Shown in pieces: positions 38,381 through 48,501 of a DNA stretch of 64,000 nt (position 1 is the stretch's first letter; each line of letters starts with the position of its first letter). The translations under genes were made by a program, and so were the position numbers. Origin of the DNA: Acidobacteriota bacterium. GTDB taxonomy: Bacteria > Acidobacteriota > Vicinamibacteria > Vicinamibacterales > UBA2999. Where the stretch lies: NCBI GenBank assembly GCA_021730945.1, contig JAKFYH010000028.1, forward strand, positions 1,472 to 65,471. Reading direction: 5' to 3'. A model generated the notes under the pieces. The model ran no database searches. It was not told where the DNA came from and was given only the letters and a program-made list of their open reading frames with translations.

Positions 38381-40824
38381 TCCGCCCGGAGGGCAGACAT
38401 CGGATCAACCCGGGTGGCGTGGCGCGCCGGAATCCACGTGGCGACCAGCGCGACCAGTGCCAGCGCCGAGACGACGGCGGCGTAAGTGAGCGGGTCGAAG
38501 GGGCTGACGCCGAACAGCAGCGAGCCGAGCAGGCGCATCAGCAGCGATGCCGAGACCAGGCCGACCACCAGGCCGATGCCGGCCAGTGCGACGCCGCGGC
38601 CAATGAACATCCGCTGCACTTCGCTGCCGCGCGCGCCGAGCGCCATGCGGATGCCGATTTCCCGACGCCGCTGCATCACGATGTAGGCGATCACGCCGTA
38701 GATGCCGACCATGCCCAGCAACAGCGTGACCGCGGCGGCAATGCCGAGGATCACCAGCACGAACGAAGTTTGCGCCATCGACTCGCGGTAGACCTGGTCC
38801 AGCGTGCGAACACGCGCGAGGGGCAGGTTCGGGTTGAGGCTCCACACCGCGCGCTGCACTTCGGGCAGGAAGCCCGTCGACTGCAGCCGCGACGAGCGGA
38901 TGGCGTAGGCGAGGGAGCGCTGGATGTACGGCGATCCGTCACCAGAGTCGGCGACCCGGACCGGCCAGTACACCATCGCCGGCGCCGGGCGCGTCGCGCC
39001 GTCCTGGCGCTCGTTACCGACCACGCCGACAATCTCGGTCCAGGGCACCTGCGGCATCTTGCGAATCCGGCGGCCAATCGCCTGGGCGGGCTCGCCCCAG
39101 TACTCGCGCGCCAGGTTGTCGCTGATCAAGGCCACCGGCGCCGCCGTGTGCGTGTCGCGCCACGTCAGGTCGCGGCCCGCGACGATGTGATTGCCCATCG
39201 CCTCGAAGTAACCCTCGCCCACGTACTTGTGGCGCCGCAGCGTTGGGATTTGTCCTTCGGGACTCGGGAAGTCCTCGACCCAGACCGGATCGTTATTGTT
39301 GTTCCCGTCCATGGGCAGCGACGAGGTGGTGCCGACCGAGACCACACCAGGCACGGACCCGATGCTGCGCACGATCTGTTCATGTAGTTGTGCGACCTGC
39401 GCGCCGTCGCTGACCACCGCGTATGGAATCGAAATGCGCAGGGTCAGCACCTCTTCCGGCTTGGTGAAGCCGGGCGGGACGTCGCGAATGGCGAGGAAGG
39501 TGCGGACCATCAGGCCCGACGCCACCAGCAGGATGGCGGCCAGCGCGACCTGCGCGACGACGAACGTGTTGCGCGCGCGATGGCGCTCGCGGCCTTCGCT
39601 CGACCCGCGCGAGCTGTCCTTGAGCGCGGCCGCCAGGTGCGGACGCGCGTACTTCACCACCGGGATGGCGCCGAACAGCAACCCCGCGACGACCGAGATC
39701 GCCAGCGTGAACACGAGCACGATCGGATCCAGCGCGATCTCGTGGAGTCGAGGCAGCTGCGCCGGCTGCAGGTAGACCAGCAACTGGATGCCGCCGTACG
39801 CCAGCGCCACGCCCAGCACACCGCCGAGCAACGCCACCAGCAGCGATTCAGACAACAACTCCCAGGCGATGCGCCGCGATTCGGCGCCAAGCGCGAGGCG
39901 CACGGCCAGTTCCTGATGCCGGCCCTCGGCGCGGACCAGGAACAGGTTGGCGACGTTGGCACACGCCACCAGCAGCACCATGGCGACGGTGCCGAGCATC
40001 AGCCACAGCATGCTGCCGATGTCGCCGACCACGTCCACTTCGAGCGGCCGCACCAGGCTGCCGAAGCGCGCTTCGTCGAACATCTTCTTGGTGAAGCCGG
40101 GCGGCAGCGGGAAGCGCTCGGTCAGGGTGGGCAGCAGCCGATCGACGTCGGCGTTGGCCTGGGCGATCGAGATGCCCGGCTTGAGCCGGGCAATGCCCTG
40201 GTAGCTGAAGCCGGCGGCATGGATTTCGGTGCGGTTGAACTTGAAGGGCAGGAAGATCGACGGGTTCTGATCCAGGAAGCGGAATCCCTCGGGCAGCACC
40301 CCGATCACTTCGCGTGGCGTGCCGTTGAGCATCAGCGACTGGCCGATGGCCGACGGGTTGCTGCTGAACACGCGCTCCCAGTAGCGGTGCGAGATCAACA
40401 CCACTTCGGGACCCGTTGGCAGGTCGTCCTCGCGGGTGAACCCGCGGCCAAGCGCCGGCCGCACGCCCAGCACGCCCAGCGTGCCGTCGGTGACGTTCAG
40501 CAACTGCACCTGCTCCGGCTCACCCCGGCCGGTCACGGTCGCCGAGCCGGTGCCCCACAGGCCGATGTCCTCGAACACCTGGGCGGCGTCGCGATACATG
40601 AAATAGGTCGCCGCCGACTGGTTGAGCGGTCCAGGCATGACCCCCGGCGCCACGTGCCACACCGCCACCAGCGAGGCCGGCTGCGAATAGGGGAGCGGCT
40701 TGAGGATGATGCCGCTGACCACGCTGAAGATCAGCGCATTGGCGCCAATCGCGGCCCCCACGGTCAGGATTGCGGTGAGGGCAAAGGCCGGGCTTTTGAA
40801 CAGGCGGCGAAGGGCGAGTTTCAC
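38377..40824 (-). CDS. ADOP-type duplicated FtsX/MacB-like ABC permease (no adjacent ATPase)
   Basis: 815 aa with the N-terminus 'LRRLFKSPAFALTAILTVGAAIGANALIFSVV'. There are two MacB-like periplasmic domains, each followed by an FtsX-type 3-TM bundle. Confidence 0.85.
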   Translation of the reverse strand: MKLALRRLFKSPAFALTAILTVGAAIGANALIFSVVSGIILKPLPYSQPASLVAVWHVAPGVMPGPLNQSAATYFMYRDAAQVFEDIGLWGTGSATVTGRGEPEQVQLLNVTDGTLGVLGVRPALGRGFTREDDLPTGPEVVLISHRYWERVFSSNPSAIGQSLMLNGTPREVIGVLPEGFRFLDQNPSIFLPFKFNRTEIHAAGFSYQGIARLKPGISIAQANADVDRLLPTLTERFPLPPGFTKKMFDEARFGSLVRPLEVDVVGDIGSMLWLMLGTVAMVLLVACANVANLFLVRAEGRHQELAVRLALGAESRRIAWELLSESLLVALLGGVLGVALAYGGIQLLVYLQPAQLPRLHEIALDPIVLVFTLAISVVAGLLFGAIPVVKYARPHLAAALKDSSRGSSEGRERHRARNTFVVAQVALAAILLVASGLMVRTFLAIRDVPPGFTKPEEVLTLRISIPYAVVSDGAQVAQLHEQIVRSIGSVPGVVSVGTTSSLPMDGNNNNDPVWVEDFPSPEGQIPTLRRHKYVGEGYFEAMGNHIVAGRDLTWRDTHTAAPVALISDNLAREYWGEPAQAIGRRIRKMPQVPWTEIVGVVGNERQDGATRPAPAMVYWPVRVADSGDGSPYIQRSLAYAIRSSRLQSTGFLPEVQRAVWSLNPNLPLARVRTLDQVYRESMAQTSFVLVILGIAAAVTLLLGMVGIYGVIAYIVMQRRREIGIRMALGARGSEVQRMFIGRGVALAGIGLVVGLVSASLLMRLLGSLLFGVSPFDPLTYAAVVSALALVALVATWIPARHATRVDPMSALRAD

Positions 40825-40857
40825 CCTGAAAGAGACGAACGGGCGGGGTGTTAAGTT

Positions 40858-40888
40858 CTGGCCCGCAGGGACGGTCCCTGCGGGCCAG
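40858..40888 (-). terminator. Perfect 31-nt palindrome immediately after the giant gene (hairpin; possible terminator)
   Basis: ctggcccgcagggac-g-gtccctgcgggccag. No U-tract follows, so intrinsic termination is uncertain. Confidence 0.45.
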
Positions 40889-40893
40889 GCAGT

Positions 40894-43800
40894 CTAGTGC
40901 CGAATTCTCGACGACTGGATGTTCCCACCGTCGAGGTCGCCCTCGAACTCGGCCACGAGGGCGCCGGCCGGGCTGAAGATCTTGACGCGAATCGTCTCGC
41001 GGTGCCGGCCGGGTTCGCCGGCATCCTGCGCGAACGCTTCGTAGCGGTAGTTGCGCTGGCCGTTCCATTCGCCGATGCCGCTGAACAACACCGTGTCGAT
41101 CTGCGCCCGGCGCGGACGTCCGGGCCGAATCGTCGGGTCGTCGCTGAAGGCGATGAAGTCGACCGTGCGTGATTCAAATCGGTCGTCGCGCTTTTTCCAG
41201 CCGCGCCGCCAATTGCGGCCATCCTCGTCGATGCGGATCTTGATGGAGGCACGCTCGTCGCCGCGCGCGCTTTCGCGAGCCCGGAACTCGAACATGTACT
41301 TCGCATTGTTGTCGCGGACGAAGCCGTCGCCGCGCATCTCGCCCGGGGTGGTCACTTCCTTCACCGTGACCGTGAACGAGCCGGTGGCCGTGGCCCCGGC
41401 CGTGTCAGTGACGGTGCAGTTCACGGTGGTGGTGGCGATCGGGAACGTCGCGCCCGACGCCGGCGCGCACACCGCGGTGCGGGCGCCGTTCTCCACGTCC
41501 TGGCCGACGGCGACGAAGGTCACCACCGCGCCGTTGGACCCGGTCGCGTTGACCGTGATGTTCGCCGGTGGGGTGAAGGTCGGCGCGTTGTTCAGCACCG
41601 TGACCGCGAACGTGCCGGTGCTGCTGTTACCGCGCGTATCGACCGACGAACAGCTGACGGTCGTCGTGCCGATCGGGAACGTGCTGCCACTGGCCTTCGA
41701 GCACGTCACCGTACGGTTGCCGTCGACGATGTCGGTGGCCGTGACGGTGTAGTTCATGATCCGGCCGGCGCTGCCCGTCGCGTAGAGCGGCGTGACGGCC
41801 GGCAGCGTGAGCGCGGGCGCCGTCGTGTCCGTGATGGTCACGGTAAAGGTCGCCGTCGCCGTCGCCAGCGCCACATCCGTCACCGTGCAGCTCACCGTGG
41901 TCGCGCCGATCGGGAACGTGGCGCCGGTGGCCGGCGAGCAGACCGCCGTTAGCAGTCCGTCTTCGACGTCGTTGCCGGCGGCGGCGAAGGTCACCACCCC
42001 GCCGTCAGCGCCGACGGCTTCCTGCGTGATGCTGGCCGGCGGCGCGAAGGTGGGTGCGCTGTTCAGCACGGTCACATCGAACTGGCCGGTGGTGGTGTTG
42101 CCGTGCGCATCGGTCGACGAGCAGGTGACCGCGGTGGTGCCAATCGGGAAGACGCTGCCGCTGGCCGGGACGCAGGCCACCGTCCCCGCACCGTCAACGA
42201 TATCGACCGCGCTCGCGGCGAAGGTCATCACGCGGCCGGCAGCGCTGGCCAGATTGAGTGGCGTCACGACCGGCAAGGTCAGTGCGGGACCGGTCGTGTC
42301 CTCGATCGTGACCGTGAACGAAGCCGTGGCGGCGGCGTTGGCGGCATCCGTCACCGTGCAGCTCACCGCCGTCGCGCCGATCGGGAAGGTCGAGCCTGAC
42401 GCCGGTGCGCAGACCGCGGCGAGCGGTCCGTCTTCAATGTCGGTACCGGACGCGGTGAAGGCCACCGTGCGCCCGCCGGCGCCGGCCGCCTCCTGGATGA
42501 CGTCCGCCGGCGCCGTGAACGTCGGCGCGTTGTTGCGCACTTCGATCGAGGTGGTCGTCACTTCAGCCGCCGGCGGAATCGCGCCGGTGCTGTTGGTGTA
42601 GAACGCCGCGGCGTCCGCGAAGGACGCGGTCGCCGCGTAGGTGGCGACCGAGGGGAAGGTGACCGTGATGCTGGCGACGCCGGATGCATCCGTGGTCGCC
42701 GACTGCGCTGCCGGAGCGCCCGGGCCGCTGAACGAGAAGGTGAGCACCTGGCCGCCAAGCGCCGATGCGCCGGGCAGATCCGTCAGCGTCGCGCTGATCG
42801 TGACCGGCTTGGTCGCCGAACCGCTCACCGGCGCCATCGCCAGCGACGTGCGCTGGTAGACCGTGAAGTCAACCGCGTTCGCCGACGAGGGGTTCAGGCC
42901 GACGGCGCCGTTGAACGCCGCGCTGACCGAGTGCACGCCGCGCGCGGCAGGGTTCAGTGTCACCGTCGCGACGCCCGCGGCATTGGTCGTGGCCGACACC
43001 TGCGACGTCGCGCCGCCGGGTGCCGTCACCGTGAAGTCCACCGCTTGACCAGCACCAACCGGCAGTGCGTCGTTGCGAATCAGGGTAGCCGAGGCGGTGT
43101 ATGAAGCGCCCGCCAGTGTCGCGGCAGGAGCGGTGACCGCCAGCGACGTCGCCGCCGAGACGATGGTGAGCGTGCTCGAGGCGCTCTCCGGCACCGCCGG
43201 CAGGCTGCCCGTGTGATCGGTGTAGAAGCCAGCGTTGTTGAAGAATGACACGACCGCCGTGAACGAGCCCGGCTGCGTCGCCGTGAAGGTGATGGTCGCG
43301 ACGCCCGCTGCGTCGGTCACCGCCGACATATCCGGGGCGGCCCCGCCAAACGAGAAGTCCACCGTCTGGCCGGCGAGGGCCATACCGCCGGGCGAGGCGA
43401 CCAGCGTGGCCGTCAGCGTCAGGGCGCTGCCCGCCGTGCCGGTCGCGCTCGCGAGCGTCAGCGCGGTGCGCTGATACGCAGTCACGCTCACGCTCGGCGT
43501 CGAAGTCGCCGTTAGCGCCGGACTCCCGGCAAATGAGGCCGAGACGGCGTAGACGCCACGCAGCGCGGCCGAAACGTTCACGCTAGCGGTGCCATCGCTC
43601 TGCGTAGTGGCGCTCAGGGTGCTGATGGCACCGCTGGGATCCGTGATGGTGAAGGCAACCGTATGCCCCCCAATCGCCGTCCCGCCGTAGCCGGTCAGCT
43701 TCGTGCTCACGGCGACCGAAGATCCGGCGAGAACGGTCGAGGCTACCGAGAGCGGCGCCAACGTCGCCGGGACAGATTGCACGACGATGCCTGCCCCTGT

Positions 43801-46800
43801 TGTCGCGTCCACTTCGGGTGCCAGCTGGCCGGCGCTGTTCGCGTAGTAGTCGGCGGTGCCATCGAAGGACGCGGTCACGCTCACCGCTTGGGCGGCCGCA
43901 AAGACGAACGTGGTCGAAGCCACGCCGTCGTTGTCGGTAGCTGTGGTGGTGGGGCCGACTCCGCTCACGCTGGTCGAGAATTGCACCGCCTTGCCGGCGA
44001 TCGGCGTGTTCGACGGCAGCGCGACCAGTGTGGCTGACAGAGTCGTCGAGGTAGTCGCGATTGCATTCAGCACCGGCGACAACACCAGCTTGGTCTGCTG
44101 ATAGACCGGCACAGTCACGGCCGCTGAGGTTGACGCGGCGAGTGACGAGTTGGCGCCGAAGGACGCATTGATCGTGTGCGCGCCTCGCGCTGTGGGCGAG
44201 AAGGTCGCGCTCGCGACGCCCTGCCCGTTGGTCGTGGCCAAGCCTTGGGTCGTTGCGCCACCGGGTGCGGTCAACGTGAAGGTGACGGGTTCGCCGACCA
44301 CGGGTCCGGCCGGCGCACTGCTGCGGACCAGGGTAGTCGACGCCACGAACGAATCGCCGACCAACGACGTCGACGGCGCCGCGATGGCCGAGAGTGTCGT
44401 CTGTGCGGCGGTCACCGAGATCGACGTGGTGTCGGCCTCAGCGACGATTGGGAAGGCGCCGGTCGTGTCGGCGTAGAAACCGGCCGCGTTGAAAAACGAT
44501 GCGGTCACCGGGAACGAGCCCGTACTCGGGAACGACACCGACACGCTGGCCTGGCCGGCGGCATCGGTAGTCGCTGTCTGGGGCGCAATGACGCCGCCAA
44601 ACGCGAAGTCCACACTCTGGCCGCCGAGTGCGCTGCCGTCAAGCGCGCTCAGCAACGTGGCTGTCACCGTCAGGGCGCTGCCCGCCGCGCCGCTCGCGCT
44701 CGCGAGCGTCAGCGCGGTGCGCTGATACGCCGTCACGCTTGCGGCCGCCGCCGTCGAAGCGACCAGCGCCGTGGTGCCGGCATACGAGGCACTGACGGTG
44801 TAGCCGCCGCGTGCGGTCAGGGCAGGGAACATCACCGTCGCGAGCCCCTGGGCGTCAGTTGTGCCAGAGAGTGATGACGAGGCGCCACCGGGCGCCGTTA
44901 ACGTGAAGCTGACCAACTGATTCGACAGCGGTCCGGCCGGCACCGTGGTGCGGCTGAGCGTCGTCGAGACACTCAACGGGTTGCCGACCAGAGCGTTGCC
45001 CGGGGCCGTGATGGCCGAGAGCGCCGTCTGAATCGACGTCACCGTCACCGTGGCGGTCGCCGTCTCGGCAACCACCGGGAATGCGCCGGTGTGGTCGGCA
45101 AAGAACGACGGGGCATTCAGGAAGGACGCCGTCATCGCGACCGTGCCCGCGTTCGGGAACGCCACCATGGTGGATGCCAGCCCGGCCGCATCGGTGACCG
45201 CCGTCGTATCGGCAACCGCTCCCCCGAATGAGAAGGCAATTAACTGACCCGACAGCGGCATGCCACTCGGGACCGCCGTCAGTGTCGCGCTGACCGCTGT
45301 CGGGGTGCCCGCGGTTGCGGCTACCGGCGCGGTCGCCATTTGCGTCTTCTGGTAAACGTTAATCGTGTTCGACACCGATGACGGTTCATGGTTGCCGTCA
45401 CCCGCGAAGGTGGCGGTCAACGAATAGGATCCGCGCTCGGTCGGTGCCGGGAACGTCACGGCGGCCTCGCCGTTCATGTTGGTGACGGCAGAGTTGCTGA
45501 CCGTGGAGCCGCTTGGACCCGTTAACACAAACTGCACGGTGCGAGCGCCGAGCGGACCCGCCGGTGCGGTCACGCGCGTCAGCGTCGCTGCCACCGTCAG
45601 GGTGTTGCCGACGTGCGTCGTGGCAGGCACACCGGACGCTGTCAGCGCGGTCGCCGCGCCGGTGATGGCCAGGCTGGACGTGCTGGATGAGGCCAGCAAC
45701 TCGCCGGCAATGGCCGCGAAGCTCGCCGTGAACTGCGCCGGCGGCATAACGGTCCGCGTCGGTGTCACCGTCACGGTGGCCACGCCAGAGCTGTTCGTCA
45801 GTGCCGACGCTGTCCCGGTCCACGGTGGATTGGTGGGATCGCTGGGAAACGAGAAGTCAACGATCCGGCCAGCGAGCGGCGCGCTGTCGAACGTGCGCCT
45901 CAGGGTTGCACTCAACACCAGGGGACCACCGCCGGCCACGCCAGACGCCGCGCTGGTTGTCATGGTCGTCGCCTGCGCGGCGATGTTCACCGTCACGCAG
46001 AGCTGCTGCGGGCTTTGTGCGATCAGGGTCTGGCCACTGGTGTAGACGCTCGTGTAGCACACGATCGCGGGCGAACTACTCGCCGTCGGCGTCCAATTGA
46101 ACGTCTTGACGCAGGGCGCTGCGCCCGTGCAAGCCGGCTGGCTGGTGCTGGCGCCGGGCGGCAACACCGGGTTGTTGATGGTGCCCGTGTAGCCGGCGTT
46201 AGCGGGCGTGAGTGTGCTCCGCATGGTGTAGGAGAACGGCTGGCCGACCGTGGCGGTGTAGGTGGTCTGACCGTCGCCCGTGGTCAGGGCCGCCGAGTAC
46301 ACCGCCGATGGAGCAACCGCCTGGAAGATCAGGTCGATCGGAACGCTGACCCGCGCGATGCCGTTGAAGTCGTACGACGTCAAGATCAGTTGCGCACCGT
46401 AGAAGCCGGTCGTTCGCGGAGTGAAGTTGATGACGCCGCTCTGCGAGTTGATCGTGAAGACGGATGGCGCGGCGGGGACCGGATTCGGCAGCAGTGACTC
46501 CGCAGTCGTGGCCACCCGCCACTGGTTCGTCAGGTTGTCGAATGACTGGCCCGGCAACGTGATCACGTTGTTCTGACCGGTAAAGACGGTGATGATCGCC
46601 GACGATGACGCCTGGGGCGACTTGGTGATGGCGCCGCCGTAGAGATCGACCAGGGTCGAAATACGCCACGGTTGATCGTTGTTGCCGTCCAGCAACTGGC
46701 TGATGCGGGCGCCGTTCTGCCAGGTCAACCGCACCTGTGCGCTCATCGGGAACACCAAGTAGACCACCTGCCGCGCGTACATCGTGTCCTGCGTCGGAAT

Positions 46801-47298
46801 GATTTGGCTCACGATCGGGTTCAGCAGGAAACCGGTGGGAGGGCTGCCCGTCACCGGTGGGGCGGCGTGGCTGGTGGAGAGCACGTTGCCGTAGATGTCG
46901 GTCACGGTCACCGCCCCGCCGAGCGGCATTTCCACTCCCACGACGCCGCTGTAGGAGCCGTTAAGGCCGAACATCAGGCCAAGGGGAGGGCAGCTTTGCA
47001 CGTTGGCATCGGCCGGCGTCGGGACCACGCCGGCGCAGGCGACTGGCCCGGATGCGGCCCTTGACGGATTGAAGTGTCCGAGCGCCGTGGTGGTGGGGTA
47101 CCCAGGGTAGGTCCACCGCAGGCCGGCCTCGATGGTGACCTTGACCCTCACCATGCCGGGAGCCCCGACGTAGGTCAGGTCCCGTTCCCAGAAGATGTTG
47201 CCGTAGCGGAAGTGCGTGGCAAACGCCGACTCCGCAAACAGGATGATGCCGGCAAACAGGGCGACAAGGGTCAGGCAGGAACGGTTGGATCTCATCAA
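40894..47298 (-). CDS. Giant secreted surface protein (2134 aa) with Ig-like module array and five HYR-like modules
   Basis: The signal peptide is 'LTLVALFAGIILFAESAFA'. An Ig-like array spans about 42536-45975 and HYR-like modules span about 41353-42535 ('C.P.SG..FP.G.T.V.C...D'). A distinct ~150-aa C-terminal module carries 'GEPG'. Confidence 0.8.
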   Translation of the reverse strand: MMRSNRSCLTLVALFAGIILFAESAFATHFRYGNIFWERDLTYVGAPGMVRVKVTIEAGLRWTYPGYPTTTALGHFNPSRAASGPVACAGVVPTPADANVQSCPPLGLMFGLNGSYSGVVGVEMPLGGAVTVTDIYGNVLSTSHAAPPVTGSPPTGFLLNPIVSQIIPTQDTMYARQVVYLVFPMSAQVRLTWQNGARISQLLDGNNDQPWRISTLVDLYGGAITKSPQASSSAIITVFTGQNNVITLPGQSFDNLTNQWRVATTAESLLPNPVPAAPSVFTINSQSGVINFTPRTTGFYGAQLILTSYDFNGIARVSVPIDLIFQAVAPSAVYSAALTTGDGQTTYTATVGQPFSYTMRSTLTPANAGYTGTINNPVLPPGASTSQPACTGAAPCVKTFNWTPTASSSPAIVCYTSVYTSGQTLIAQSPQQLCVTVNIAAQATTMTTSAASGVAGGGPLVLSATLRRTFDSAPLAGRIVDFSFPSDPTNPPWTGTASALTNSSGVATVTVTPTRTVMPPAQFTASFAAIAGELLASSSTSSLAITGAATALTASGVPATTHVGNTLTVAATLTRVTAPAGPLGARTVQFVLTGPSGSTVSNSAVTNMNGEAAVTFPAPTERGSYSLTATFAGDGNHEPSSVSNTINVYQKTQMATAPVAATAGTPTAVSATLTAVPSGMPLSGQLIAFSFGGAVADTTAVTDAAGLASTMVAFPNAGTVAMTASFLNAPSFFADHTGAFPVVAETATATVTVTSIQTALSAITAPGNALVGNPLSVSTTLSRTTVPAGPLSNQLVSFTLTAPGGASSSLSGTTDAQGLATVMFPALTARGGYTVSASYAGTTALVASTAAAASVTAYQRTALTLASASGAAGSALTVTATLLSALDGSALGGQSVDFAFGGVIAPQTATTDAAGQASVSVSFPSTGSFPVTASFFNAAGFYADTTGAFPIVAEADTTSISVTAAQTTLSAIAAPSTSLVGDSFVASTTLVRSSAPAGPVVGEPVTFTLTAPGGATTQGLATTNGQGVASATFSPTARGAHTINASFGANSSLAASTSAAVTVPVYQQTKLVLSPVLNAIATTSTTLSATLVALPSNTPIAGKAVQFSTSVSGVGPTTTATDNDGVASTTFVFAAAQAVSVTASFDGTADYYANSAGQLAPEVDATTGAGIVVQSVPATLAPLSVASTVLAGSSVAVSTKLTGYGGTAIGGHTVAFTITDPSGAISTLSATTQSDGTASVNVSAALRGVYAVSASFAGSPALTATSTPSVSVTAYQRTALTLASATGTAGSALTLTATLVASPGGMALAGQTVDFSFGGAAPDMSAVTDAAGVATITFTATQPGSFTAVVSFFNNAGFYTDHTGSLPAVPESASSTLTIVSAATSLAVTAPAATLAGASYTASATLIRNDALPVGAGQAVDFTVTAPGGATSQVSATTNAAGVATVTLNPAARGVHSVSAAFNGAVGLNPSSANAVDFTVYQRTSLAMAPVSGSATKPVTISATLTDLPGASALGGQVLTFSFSGPGAPAAQSATTDASGVASITVTFPSVATYAATASFADAAAFYTNSTGAIPPAAEVTTTSIEVRNNAPTFTAPADVIQEAAGAGGRTVAFTASGTDIEDGPLAAVCAPASGSTFPIGATAVSCTVTDAANAAATASFTVTIEDTTGPALTLPVVTPLNLASAAGRVMTFAASAVDIVDGAGTVACVPASGSVFPIGTTAVTCSSTDAHGNTTTGQFDVTVLNSAPTFAPPASITQEAVGADGGVVTFAAAGNDVEDGLLTAVCSPATGATFPIGATTVSCTVTDVALATATATFTVTITDTTAPALTLPAVTPLYATGSAGRIMNYTVTATDIVDGNRTVTCSKASGSTFPIGTTTVSCSSVDTRGNSSTGTFAVTVLNNAPTFTPPANITVNATGSNGAVVTFVAVGQDVENGARTAVCAPASGATFPIATTTVNCTVTDTAGATATGSFTVTVKEVTTPGEMRGDGFVRDNNAKYMFEFRARESARGDERASIKIRIDEDGRNWRRGWKKRDDRFESRTVDFIAFSDDPTIRPGRPRRAQIDTVLFSGIGEWNGQRNYRYEAFAQDAGEPGRHRETIRVKIFSPAGALVAEFEGDLDGGNIQSSRIRH

Positions 47299-47379
47299 GG
47301 GGGGGTCCTTAGAGAAGTCGAAGAGAGTGGTTGAAGGTTGAGGCGGCTAAGAATAGCGCAATGCTGGGGAAAATGGCCG

Positions 47380-48501
47380 TCAATTCGAGGAATCGACGAC
47401 CTCCAGGACCACTCGCAGGTGGTCCGCCGAGCCTGGCCGCTCGCCGATTAAGCTCGTCCATAGAGTGTCAGCAGACGGCACCAGGCTCGTCTCGATACGG
47501 CTACCGGCGGTCAGGATGACAGGCTTGCTGAACACGTAACGCCTGTTCCACTCCGGACGAATCTCGAGGCGCGCCAACGGCTGCCGAGCGCCATCCGGAG
47601 CAACCAGTACCAGCCGGACCCAGGCACCGGACGGCCCGCTCATGGCACGGACGGCCACGACCTGAAGCGGGCGGTCGACCCGATGGTCAGCTTCCCTGCC
47701 GGCCGCCGCCCCCAGCTCGATCGTCGTGATCGGATTTGCCGCTGCGCGAGCGAAATAGACGCCCAGCTCGCTGCGATCTGAGATGGCTGGCCCGACCGGC
47801 CGTCGATAATGCATCCGCAGCACCACCGCGGCATTCACAGGAACTCGAAACGCCGCATTGGCTTCGAGCGGTGCCGCGGCTTCGCCGGGCTGCCACAGGC
47901 CAAGGACCTGTTCACGCCCGCCACTTCTGGCGATGATCTCCGCCCGGCGTACCATCGCCGGCGTCCCCGGCCGAAGATCGACGGCGCGAATCAAGCGGCC
48001 GGCGATCCGCCGCGCCGGCATGGCCACGTCATGGACCACATCGCGCTGGTTACCCGCCATGGAGAAGGCCACCGGCATCGGCACCACGAGATCCGGTGTT
48101 CCGAGCGCCCAACGCGCCGGAACCAGCGGTTCGCGGGGTACCGGCCGGCCTTCGGGTGCGCCGCCCGTGGCCCACGTCATCAGGATGTTCAGTTCGCGAC
48201 CGGTCACCGGCGCCGGCGCCTTGAACGCGCCTTCCGCAAACCACGGTGGCATGTGCCCGCTGGCGAGTGCCTGCCGAATCGGCCAAATCGCATTGCGGGC
48301 GCCGGGGTAACGCAGCAGCGCCACTCCGGAGACGCTGTCGTCCAGGTGGCAGCGCCCGCAGCGCGCTTCAAGAATGGGCACGACGTCGCGGTGAAAAGTG
48401 AATGGCGATACGGCCGTGCGGTGGGCGACGGCGGGCGCGTGGAGAGTGAAGACTGCGATGGTCGTGACGGCCGTCGCGACGGTGATCAGCAGGCGGCTCA
48501 C
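47380..48501 (-). CDS. Hypothetical exported protein with one CxxCH motif
   Basis: The GTG start at 48501 overlaps the upstream stop (GTGA). It has the N-terminal TM/signal 'LLITVATAVTTIAVFTLHAPAVA'. 'FHRDVVPILEARCGRCH' resembles planctomycete-type cytochrome c domains, and the rest looks beta-rich. Confidence 0.5.
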   Translation of the reverse strand: MSRLLITVATAVTTIAVFTLHAPAVAHRTAVSPFTFHRDVVPILEARCGRCHLDDSVSGVALLRYPGARNAIWPIRQALASGHMPPWFAEGAFKAPAPVTGRELNILMTWATGGAPEGRPVPREPLVPARWALGTPDLVVPMPVAFSMAGNQRDVVHDVAMPARRIAGRLIRAVDLRPGTPAMVRRAEIIARSGGREQVLGLWQPGEAAAPLEANAAFRVPVNAAVVLRMHYRRPVGPAISDRSELGVYFARAAANPITTIELGAAAGREADHRVDRPLQVVAVRAMSGPSGAWVRLVLVAPDGARQPLARLEIRPEWNRRYVFSKPVILTAGSRIETSLVPSADTLWTSLIGERPGSADHLRVVLEVVDSSN

